Assembly: GCA_001600695.1 (NCBI GenBank)
Contig: BCKQ01000006.1
Coordinates: 136,315-200,314, forward strand
From: Ascoidea asiatica JCM 7603
Lineage: Eukaryota; Fungi; Ascomycota
Direction of reading: 5' to 3'
Length of the DNA: 64,000 nucleotides
Numbering within the stretch: the first letter of the stretch is position 1; the number at the start of each line of letters is the position of its first letter. The notes beneath the pieces were generated by a model. It was given only the letters and a program-made list of their open reading frames with translations, was not told where the DNA came from and did no database searches. This document shows, in pieces, positions 10,375 through 20,400 of this stretch. Made by a program: the position numbers and the translations under genes.

Positions 10375-12237
10375 ATGACAAAAGCTATTGGAATTGATCT
10401 TGGAACAACATATTCATGTGTTGGAGTATTTGAAAATAATGAAGTTAGAATCTTAGAAAATGATGAAGGTAAAAGAACAACTCCATCTTTTGTTTTATTT
10501 AATGGTGATGGTAGAGTTATTGGAGAAAGTGCAAAAATTAATGCTTCACTTGCACCTTCAAATGCAATTTCAAATGTTAAAAGAATTATTGGTAGAACTT
10601 TTGATGATCCAAGTTTACAAGAAGATTTAAAACAAACACCTTTTAAAATTATAAATAATAATAATAAACCACAAATTGAAGTTGAATATCAAAATAAAAA
10701 ACAATTATTTTATCCAGAAGAAATTTCTTCAATGATTTTAGTTAAAATGAAAGAAATTGCTGAAAATAAATTAAATGAAATTATTAAAGATGCTGTAATT
10801 ACTGTTCCTGCTTATTTTACAAATTCTCAAAGACAAGCAACTCAAGATGCTGCAAAAATTGCAGGTTTAAATGTTTTAAGAATTATTAATGAACCAACTG
10901 CTGCTGCTCTTGCTTATGGTTTTATATCAAATTCAAATTCAAATAAAAAAAAAAAGGAAAAAGAAAATATAATAATTTTTGATTTTGGTGGTGGTACTTT
11001 AGATGTATCTTTATTATCTATAAATAATGGAGTTTGTGAAGTTAAAGCAACTCAAGGTGATCCACATTTAGGTGGTGAAGATATTGATAATTTATTAGTT
11101 GAATATTTTGCAAAAGAATTTAAGAAAAAAAATAGAAGAGATTTAAAAACAAGTTTAAATTCATTAAGAATTTTAAGAAATCATTGTGAAAGAGCAAAAA
11201 GACTTTTATCTTCAAAAATTAGTGTAACTATAGATATTGATTCATTATTTGAAGGTCTTGGATATTCAATAACTTTAACAAGAAAAAAATTAGAATCAAT
11301 TTGTCTTGAAACTTTTGATGATATGTTAAAACCATTAGAATTACTTTTTGAAGAAATAAAATTTGATAAATCAAAAGTTGATCATATTATTTTAGTTGGT
11401 GGATCTTCAAAAATTCCAAAAGTTAAAGAATGTGTTTCTGAATTTTTTGATGGTAAAGAATTAAATGATACTATAAATGCAGATGAAGCTGTAGCTCAAG
11501 GTGCAGCTATTCAAGCTTCAATTTTAATTAGTGAACCTGAAGAATTGAATAATAAACTTCAAAATATACTTTTAGTTGATGTAACATCATTATCATTAGG
11601 TGTTAAAGTTCAAGGTGGTATAATGAGTAAAATTATTAAAAAAAATACAACAATACCATGTCAAGCAAAACAAATTTATACAACAATTACAGATTATCAA
11701 ACTTTAACAGTTTTTGAAGTTTTTGAAGGTGAAAGAGAATTAATTGATGGAAATCATTATTTAGGTAAATTCACATTAAGTGGAATAAAACGTGATTTAA
11801 AAGCTATTCCATCTATTACAGTTACTTTTGATTTGGATGCTAATGGAATTTTAACAGCAACAGCTGTTGATAATGATAATGGAAATCATGCAAATGTTAG
11901 AATTGATATTGAAAAGGGTAGATTATCTGATGAAGAAATTAAAAAAATGAAAGAAAATGCAGAAAAATTTAAAGAAGAAGATGAAAAAGAAGTTAAAAGA
12001 ATTAAAAGTCGAAATAAATTAGAAGATTATTGTGATTTTTTAAGAAGAAAAGTTTATAGTTATAGTTTTCGAAAAAAAATGAGAAATGAAGATCAAAAAT
12101 TAATACGTGAAATTATAAGTAATACATTAGATTGGATTAAAGAATTTGATCATGCAAGCATTGATGAATTTAATAAGAAACATGATGAACTTAAAAGATT
12201 ATCTGATCCAATAATATATACTTTTAATGAATTATAA
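10375..12237 (+). CDS. Hsp70, divergent cytosolic Ssa-type without EEVD tail
   Basis: GIDLGTTYSCV, TVPAYF, IINEPTAAALAYG, DFGGGTLDVSLL, HLGGED, VTFDLDANGIL. No signal or transit peptide. Ends IIYTFNEL. Confidence 0.93.
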   Translation: MTKAIGIDLGTTYSCVGVFENNEVRILENDEGKRTTPSFVLFNGDGRVIGESAKINASLAPSNAISNVKRIIGRTFDDPSLQEDLKQTPFKIINNNNKPQIEVEYQNKKQLFYPEEISSMILVKMKEIAENKLNEIIKDAVITVPAYFTNSQRQATQDAAKIAGLNVLRIINEPTAAALAYGFISNSNSNKKKKEKENIIIFDFGGGTLDVSLLSINNGVCEVKATQGDPHLGGEDIDNLLVEYFAKEFKKKNRRDLKTSLNSLRILRNHCERAKRLLSSKISVTIDIDSLFEGLGYSITLTRKKLESICLETFDDMLKPLELLFEEIKFDKSKVDHIILVGGSSKIPKVKECVSEFFDGKELNDTINADEAVAQGAAIQASILISEPEELNNKLQNILLVDVTSLSLGVKVQGGIMSKIIKKNTTIPCQAKQIYTTITDYQTLTVFEVFEGERELIDGNHYLGKFTLSGIKRDLKAIPSITVTFDLDANGILTATAVDNDNGNHANVRIDIEKGRLSDEEIKKMKENAEKFKEEDEKEVKRIKSRNKLEDYCDFLRRKVYSYSFRKKMRNEDQKLIREIISNTLDWIKEFDHASIDEFNKKHDELKRLSDPIIYTFNEL

Positions 12238-12317
12238 AATAAGTTTCTTCTTCTTCTTCTTCTATTAACATAAAGCAAATACTTTTTTTTTTTCATTTTT
12301 TTTTTTCAATTAAACTA

Positions 12318-13040
12318 TTAGTTAGTAATTAATGATAAATATTCATTATTTGAAATTTCAATAATTGAATTATTTACAATATAATTTAAATTTTCAGTTG
12401 ATAAATCTTTAATTAAGATATGAATATGAGATATTGATTTAACACTTTGTAAAGAAGTCCAATTTCTAAACCAAAGAATATTTTCAGAATTAATTTTTAA
12501 AATTTTATTATTAATAAAATTTTTTAAAATAAAAAAATTTATTAAAATTTTATCATTATTTGATAAATCACCAATTGAATTATTTGGATCACTTTCAATT
12601 TTTTTTTTACTCCATAATAATAAATGAGTTATATTATTTTTAAAATTATATCTAAATTCATTTAATTTAAATTTATAATCATTTAAATTTTGAAATAAAT
12701 AATTTTCAGAAGATTTTGAAGATTTTGAAGATTTTGAAGAAATTGAAGAAATTGAAGAATTTAAATTATTTAATAAAATATTATCAGCAATTGATTGATC
12801 AATATTATAATTATAATCATTTTCATTAAACCAATTTAATTGATCAATTAATAATCTTTTAATCATTGAAATATTTTTTTTTTTTAAATTTTTTTTAAAT
12901 GAATTATAAATTTCATCATCTTTTTTTGATCTTTCAAATAAATCAATTCTATTACAATTTATTAAATATTTGATATCTTCCCAATCAAATATTTCTGGAG
13001 TTTTATAATCCTCTTCAATTTCTTTGTAATTTATAGTCAT
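12318..13040 (-). CDS. DUF3605 / Gig1-like (YPL067C-like) HIT-related protein
   Basis: NEFRYNFKNNITHLLLWSK and WFRNWTSLQSVKSISHIHIL motifs. First in-frame ATG is at 13040; the track start at 13049 is TTG. Confidence 0.75.
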   Translation of the reverse strand: MTINYKEIEEDYKTPEIFDWEDIKYLINCNRIDLFERSKKDDEIYNSFKKNLKKKNISMIKRLLIDQLNWFNENDYNYNIDQSIADNILLNNLNSSISSISSKSSKSSKSSENYLFQNLNDYKFKLNEFRYNFKNNITHLLLWSKKKIESDPNNSIGDLSNNDKILINFFILKNFINNKILKINSENILWFRNWTSLQSVKSISHIHILIKDLSTENLNYIVNNSIIEISNNEYLSLITN

Positions 13041-13180
13041 TTGATTCAATTCAATTGAAATATACGTTTATTATTAACTGATTGATTTAAAACACTAAAA
13101 AAGTACACGTAAAAGAAATCAATTTCAATTTCAATTTCAATTTCAATTTCAATCTCAATTTATTTATATTTGTGTTTCAT

Positions 13181-13201
13181 GTCACGTGATGCAAAACGCG
13201 T
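13181..13201. promoter_or_regulatory. Cbf1-type box (GTCACGTGAT) next to an MCB element (ACGCGT)
   Basis: CACGTG at 13183-13188 and ACGCGT at 13196-13201, about 150 bp upstream of the DUF3605 gene. Confidence 0.5.
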
Positions 13202-13386
13202 AAAAAAATATTTTAATCAGCGCAATGAAAGAAAACACAAACATAAATAAAAAGAAGATACAAAAAAGAAGTAAATATAAGAATAAATGTATTATAAGAG
13301 ATGAATATAAATGGAAAAAGATATAAAGATATGTGGATAAAGATATATAGATATGTGTGGAGTAAATAGAGTGATGAGAATTTATG

Positions 13387-14616
13387 TTAGACAGTATTGA
13401 GTTTAACTTCATTCATGACAGTATCAAAGATCTCAGGGTACCAAATTTTACCAACATCTTGATGACTTTTAATTCTATTTAATAAAACATACCAACCAAC
13501 AGGTTTACCATCTTTAATTGAATTATTTGGAGAAAATTGAAAACCAATATCTTTATTATATTTTTTAATAATTATATCTCTTTTATTTTGTTCTTTAATT
13601 AAATTTGGATTTAAATTTAAAAATTGTTTAAATGAATTTACATTAATTGTTTGAAATATTGGAAATGAATATCTATCACCTTGTCCTGGTAATGGAGATA
13701 AGACTCTATGAATTGTGGAGATACAATAACCTTTGGTAATAGTTTCCATTGTTTGACCAATTGCAACAACTAAAGTATCTTGAATTGGTGGTACATTAAT
13801 CCAATTACCTAAATAATTTTTAACTTGTAAAGAATTATGATTTAAAGAAGCTTGATAAATGAATGTGATTAAATCTGAATCTCTATGATTTCCAACACCT
13901 TGAGATTGATCATTGTTATTATCATTATTATTGGATTTAATTGATGATTTTGGTAAAGATAATGGATCTGGATATCTAACTAATTTTAATTTAACTTGTT
14001 GTTTTGGTTTTTTAAAAAATTGACTAAAAGAACCAATTGGTAATTTTAAAGATTCTTCAATTAAAGAAATAAACCATAATGAAAAAATTTCAATAGAATC
14101 AGTATAATTAATTACAGTTTTTTTAAAATTTGGTAAAATTTTTTCATTTGGCCATTGATTTGGACCTTCAATATTTTTATAAATTTCATTTAAATTATTA
14201 ATTTTTGGTTCATTTAATTCTGTTGCTAAATCAATTTGTTCTCTCCAATCTATTTTATTTGAAGTTATTTCATTACCTAACTTTGTATAACCTAAGAAAT
14301 GTTTTGAATTTTTCATTTGAATTCTTAATTTTTCTTCAATTGGTAAATTTAAGAAAAATTTTTTTGATTCTTTAAATAAATTTTCAAAATTTTTTTTTGG
14401 TATTAAATTATAATAATTTTTTATATAAAAAAATCCAATATCAAGTAAATAAGTTCTTAAATTTAATAATAATTCTGGTTTTTTATTATCATCAAAAGCC
14501 CATGAAAGATCTAAAATTGGTAATGAATCAATTGCAGTTGTTTCAATTGAAGCATTTTTATTTATATTTTTATTTATATTTGGAGTAGTGGTAGTTGTAT
14601 TTGGAGTTGAAGCCAT
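13387..14616 (-). CDS. 2-oxoglutarate/Fe(II) dioxygenase, isopenicillin-N-synthase-like family
   Basis: LPILDLS..GFFYIKN (DIOX_N), GPNQWP, iron ligands H-R-D (GVGNHRDSD) and H (STIHRV), and the RYS 2OG-binding motif. Confidence 0.9.
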   Translation of the reverse strand: MASTPNTTTTTPNINKNINKNASIETTAIDSLPILDLSWAFDDNKKPELLLNLRTYLLDIGFFYIKNYYNLIPKKNFENLFKESKKFFLNLPIEEKLRIQMKNSKHFLGYTKLGNEITSNKIDWREQIDLATELNEPKINNLNEIYKNIEGPNQWPNEKILPNFKKTVINYTDSIEIFSLWFISLIEESLKLPIGSFSQFFKKPKQQVKLKLVRYPDPLSLPKSSIKSNNNDNNNDQSQGVGNHRDSDLITFIYQASLNHNSLQVKNYLGNWINVPPIQDTLVVAIGQTMETITKGYCISTIHRVLSPLPGQGDRYSFPIFQTINVNSFKQFLNLNPNLIKEQNKRDIIIKKYNKDIGFQFSPNNSIKDGKPVGWYVLLNRIKSHQDVGKIWYPEIFDTVMNEVKLNTV

Positions 14617-15488
14617 TTTTTAATACTTAATAATATAAATTATATAACTTGCTGAAGATATTTTATTTATTTAAAATTAATTATAATTAACTTTTCATTT
14701 AAATTGATAATATTGAATAATATATTAATTTAAAAGATTTATTTGATTATCAAAAAATAAGTGGAAATTTTATATTATTTATATTGTAATTATTATAATA
14801 ATTTTTGTTATTAATTGAAATTGATTAAATCATGAGATGAAATGATGAAATTTAATAAAAAAATTTCATGATTATTAATTGAAAACTTTTCAATATCCAT
14901 TAGTAATGGGATCATTTTGTTTTTTTTTTTTTTTAATTTTTCTTTAATTGAATCTACCCAATTATTAATTAACTTGAAATATATTTGAATCAAATAGAAT
15001 CAAATCAAAGTGAATTGAAGTAAATGAAATCAGTTTTTTATTTAAAAAAAAAAATAGAAAAGTTTAAATTTATAAAATTAAGGCTCGATGAGTAAAAAAC
15101 TGGAAAAATTTAAATGGAAATCATTTCTCGAATCAGAACTGAGCCTCCGGTGAGATACTGAAAGTGGAAGTGCAAGGCTGGTGATGGGGATTGCAAACCG
15201 AGAAATGCGTGAGAAATTGAAAAATGTCCACACATCACGTGTTTTGACGAGATTCAAGCCACAAAAGAGGAATAAAAGTAAAAAAGAGACCACAAACACG
15301 GGAGGGCTATCAAGGTCAGGTGATTACGGCCGGAAGTAAAGTCGGAACTTATGAAATCACATGACATTGCTGACTAATCAATGAATAATCAATGAATAAT
15401 CAAATAATAAAAGAGATCACTAATAATAAAGGAAGAAGGAAGAAGGAAGAAGTGATTAGAAATAAAGGTGTAATTAGAGATATATTAA

Positions 15489-15560
15489 AGATAATAAGAT
15501 AATAAGATAATAAGATAATAAGATAATAAGATAATAAGATAATAAGATAGTAAGATAATA
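15489..15560 (+). repeat. (AGATAATA)x9 tandem octamer
   Basis: Nine 8-bp units (one AGATAGTA variant) ending 27 bp before the thioredoxin ATG. Confidence 0.9.
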
Positions 15561-15587
15561 TAAGGTGCTAATATTCTTTCAAATAAA

Positions 15588-16025
15588 ATGTCATTAAGAC
15601 TACTTTCAAAGACCACAAAGGTCAGTACCATTATTGGTAATTCCAAAACTTCTTCAATATTCTTTAAATCATTTCATAATTATTCTCAATCAAGACAAAT
15701 TAATAAAATTGAAAATTTATCAGAATTTAATAAAATGTTAAATGAAAATAAAAAAAAATTAACTCTTATTGATTTTTATGCAACTTGGTGTGGTCCATGT
15801 AAACAAATTTCACCAATTATTGAAAAATTTAAATCTGATTATGATAATGATAATGATAATGTTAAATTTCATAAAGTTGATATTGATCAATCAAGTGATA
15901 TTGCAATGGAATTTAATATTACTGCTATGCCAACTTTTATACTTTTTAAAGATTCTCAACCAATAAGTAAAATTATTGGTGCAAATCCAAATGCAATTAA
16001 AAAAGCTATCGAAACCTATAAATAA
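15588..16025 (+). CDS. TRX3: Mitochondrial thioredoxin
   Basis: DFYATWCGPCK active site, AMPTF and GAN motifs; basic Ser/Thr-rich N-terminal extension with no acidic residues (transit-peptide-like). Confidence 0.88.
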   Translation: MSLRLLSKTTKVSTIIGNSKTSSIFFKSFHNYSQSRQINKIENLSEFNKMLNENKKKLTLIDFYATWCGPCKQISPIIEKFKSDYDNDNDNVKFHKVDIDQSSDIAMEFNITAMPTFILFKDSQPISKIIGANPNAIKKAIETYK

Positions 16026-16086
16026 TATATAATACATAATACATATTACATATTACATATTACATAATACATAAACATTTAAATAT

Positions 16087-16806
16087 CTAGATATCAAGGT
16101 ATAAATAAGCTAGATGAAAATCAGTGGATGAAATTATTCCATCTTCTAAAATTGATTTACCTTTATTTTCATCATTTGCCTTTTCAACTTTTATAAAATT
16201 ATCTTTTAATTTCTTAAAATTCAATTTATTTATATAATAATCAACTAATTCATGTTCAACAATAACAACTGCAATAATTCTATTAATTCTATTAATTTTA
16301 TTCTCTTTATTACCTTTCTTAATATCTTCAATTAATAATTTAAATATAAATTTACCACTATTCTTATAATATGAACAAAATGATGTCATTTCAATTGATT
16401 TAATTTCATTATCTTCAACATTATCCTTATATGGTTTATATCCAATAACACTCAAGACATTCTCTTCTTTCAATTCATTCAATTCAATTTCCCCTTCATT
16501 GTCACCATTTATTTCAATTAATTCTACTTCTTCATTTTCAATATCACAATTATCACTTTTATATAAAATATAAATAAAACAATTTTTTTCAAATTTATTA
16601 AATCCTAAATCTTCTAATAAATTTTCATGATTTTTAATTCTATTTGATAAAATTACTTTAAATTTTAAACTTGGTTTTTTATAACCTTTATTAATAATAT
16701 CAATTAAAAATTTTTTTTCATTTTTTTTAAGAATTTTTAATTTATTTAATGAAATTTTAAATAATAATTTTTTTTCACTTTTTTCACTTTTTTCAATCAA
16801 TTCCAT
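16087..16806 (-). CDS. Hypothetical protein, possible divergent GNAT-fold acetyltransferase
   Basis: 239-aa ORF. LIDIINKGY near the N terminus, SGKFIFKLL (motif-A-like) and ELVDYYINKLNFK (motif-B-like, cf. LIxYYxKxGF). Confidence 0.5.
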   Translation of the reverse strand: MELIEKSEKSEKKLLFKISLNKLKILKKNEKKFLIDIINKGYKKPSLKFKVILSNRIKNHENLLEDLGFNKFEKNCFIYILYKSDNCDIENEEVELIEINGDNEGEIELNELKEENVLSVIGYKPYKDNVEDNEIKSIEMTSFCSYYKNSGKFIFKLLIEDIKKGNKENKINRINRIIAVVIVEHELVDYYINKLNFKKLKDNFIKVEKANDENKGKSILEDGIISSTDFHLAYLYLDI

Positions 16807-17415
16807 TATATTTTCCTAGATTCCATTCTATCCATATTATCTTCTCAATAATATTAATATTAATAATAATAATAGTAATAATAATAACCAAATAAATACG
16901 TACAGGTAATTAAAGTGATTATAAATATCAAATTAATCAAATATACTTCTTATTGTAACATGGCTGAGAGATAGATAGATAAATGAATAAATAAATAAAT
17001 TAATAAATAAATAAATTAGTCATTTGAAATACTTTGTCCTATAATAGTCTACAACGTCCTTGTATAATCTAGATTCTGCACTAAAACTTGTCATTGTCCT
17101 GTATATATCACATGACCCTTGCTTACGTAAGTTCTTACCAATATTCCTCCCAAGCTTTAACATTTAAACTGTTTGAGCACGCAAACGTTACTCACAAATA
17201 AATAATAATATGAAATAAAATAAAATATTGAAAGTAAATTACAATAATTAATTTATTTCAAATCAAAATATTTTGTAAAAATATATAAATAAGTAAATAA
17301 TTAACTAAATAAATTGGATTATTATTAATAAGTAAAGCTTTATCTTCAATTTCTTAATGTGCTTATAAAAAAAAAAAAGAGAAAAAAGAACTAAATTAAA
17401 TGATTATTTCAACTT

Positions 17416-20400
17416 ATGTCAATATTACATAATTCTTCTTCAAAAAATAATTTTAATTATAATATTTTAATGGATCAAATTCCATCAAAAATTTCAAATT
17501 TAAATATAAATACTTTAAATGATAAGAAGGTTATTAATAACAATAATAATAAAAATATTATAGATAAAAAGTCTTTGAAACTAAATAATAATATTATCAA
17601 TAATCCTACTACTAATGATAATAATAATATAATATCTTCATCAAATAAGAAAAAGAAAAAAATTGATTCAAGTAACTCCAAATTTAAAAATCAATTTAAA
17701 AATCAATTGAAAGATAATTCAAATGATAAATTAAATAAAAAAAGTATTAAAAATAATGAAAATTTCGAAAATTTCGAAAATATTGAAAAAAATCAAAACT
17801 ATGAAAATAATTATGATTACGAATATGACTATGAATACGAATATGATTATACTTATGATTATGATTATGAAATTGATGATAATCAACAAATTTCAAATAT
17901 TATTAATTATCAATTAAAAAGACATGAAATTTTATATAAAATTTTAAAAATTGATCAAATTAATGATAATTTTTTATTTCCAAATGAATTAAAACAAAAA
18001 AAATATCAAAATCAACAAAAAAGACAACCTAAACAATCAAAAGAGCCTAAAAAAACTAATGAATCAAAAGAATCTAAGGAACTTAAAGATATTAAGGATA
18101 AAAAACATAAAAAAGATAAAAAAGAATTTATTAATTCCAAAGATTTAAACGAGTCAAATGATTTAAAACATTTAAGAGATTTAAAAGACTTGAAATTGAA
18201 AGACTTAAAAGAACTAGAAGAATTAAAAGATTCAAAAGATCCAATAGAATACAAAGACTCAAAAGACCCAAATTTATCAAAAGACTCACATGAACCTAAA
18301 GATTCAAAAGAATTTGAAAAAGATAATAAAAATAATATAAAAACAGATTTTCATAGTAGATTAACCTTTAAAAAATTCTTCTCAATTCTAATTTCATTTT
18401 CAGATAGAATAACTCAACCTATGAATGATTCTTTGAATTATAATTTATCTCTAGATTTAATTTCAAATTCTTTTATAAATTTAATTTTACTAAATTATTA
18501 TAATGATAAAAATGGTAATCAAAATATTAATGAAAATGATAAAATTTTATATAAATTCGATTTAGCTTTTAACTTAGCTAAAATTATTGAAAAAATTATA
18601 ATTTTTTTAAAATGTTATAATCTAGATTTAATTCAATCAATTGATGTATTTTATGAAGAAAATTTAAATATTAATATTAATAATAAAGAAGATTTATCTG
18701 AATTTGTAATGATTAATAATTTTGATGATCAAAATTTATCAAAATTAATTTCAATTTATGATTTAAATTTATATAATGATTGGCTACCCTCAAAACATTT
18801 GAACTCAAATGATTTACAAATTATTTATTCTATTCTATCAATTTCAATTTATTCAATTTCAAAATTATTTAATTTTAATCAAAATGAAAATCCTTTTATA
18901 TTTATTTTTTTAAAATTATGGAAAATGTTCTCATCTGTATTATATATATCTTTACAAATTGATCGTAAAAATGAAATTTTAAAAAAAATCTCAATTGGCA
19001 CTCCAAATATAATTAGAATTGTAACCAAAGGTTCTTCTGCAATTAGATATATTCTTTCTTCAATTTTAAATGATGATTTCATTAAAAGAATTCATGAATT
19101 TAATCATTTAAGTTTAACTGTATTTTTTTCACCAATTGCAAGAAAAAATTTATCTGGTGCTTTAAATTTAAATAATGATCAAATTATTCAAAATTTGATC
19201 AATTTAGGTTATGATAAATTAGAAATCACTGAATTTATTAATGATTTAGAGCAAAATGATGAATATGATGAAGATGTTAAATATATGTTTGATTATGAAG
19301 AGAGTGAACTTGAAGAATTAATTAATGAAGGCTATCAATCTGAAAGTGATTATGAATATGATTTTAATTTAAATGACCCAAATCATACTATTGATCCTAA
19401 TCTTAGTCATCATCATCATAACCATAATCATAAACATAATCATCATCATCATAATCATTATCATAATATGCTTAAACATAATGTTAATGATAGTCAATGT
19501 ATATTTTATAATAAAACTCATAATCTCGATATAGTAAATAATGATGAAAATGAAAAATCTTTAGAAATAAATATCAAGAACTCTCAGGATAATACCTTTC
19601 ATGATGAAACCGAAAATGATGCAGATAATGAAGAAGAAGAAAAAGGTGAAAGTGATAATGAAACTGAAGAAAATGATAAAAATGTATATATCGATCATTA
19701 TTTCAGATCTGCTAATGTTTATACAGAATGTAATTGTGAGTTTGAAGAAGATTATTATGATGAAGAAGAAGATGAAGAAGATGATGATGATGATGACGAA
19801 GAAGAAGACGAGGAAGAGGAAGAAATCGACAATGATGAAACTGATAACAACGACGACAAAGTAAAGAAAGGAAAAATTATAATTATGGGAAAGAATGAAA
19901 TTCAATCTAAGCCTGAAGAAGAAATTGAATCATTTGAAAGTTTTATTGAAAGACTGGATGTAAATAGAATAACATCAATTTATAATAGAATCAAAGGTAT
20001 CAATACTGATGATATTACCACTAACCAGGAAGAAAATGAAGTTAAAAAACAAGAAGATGAAGATGATGATAGTGAGTTTGCTTTTGATTTTGAGTTTCCT
20101 GAATTGACAGGAAAACTCAAACATTCTGGAAATCTGTTTTTAAAATTAATAAAAGAATTAAGTAAGAAACAAAAAAAAGAACAAGAGAAAGAAAAAAAGT
20201 TGAATGAGAAAAACATTCAAGTAATTAATCAGAATCGGGATGATAATGACAATGAGAATGAAAATGTAAAGGAAAATAGTAATAAAAATATTAGTAGTAA
20301 TACTAATGACAATATAATTTATGAAGAGTTTGATAGAACAATAACTAATATTAATGACAATGAAACTTCTAATATTCATATTGATAATAATTGTGAATCA

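Noticed and set aside
12226-12237. C-terminal NEL of the Hsp70 as an ER-retention signal (Kar2)
   Set aside because: No signal peptide, and the sequence is closer to cytosolic Ssa than to Kar2.
13181-13390. Point centromere suggested by CDEI-like RTCACGTG plus AT-rich DNA (also at 15234, 17107, 46519)
   Set aside because: No CDEIII-like CCGAA at a suitable distance; the sites recur in many promoters.
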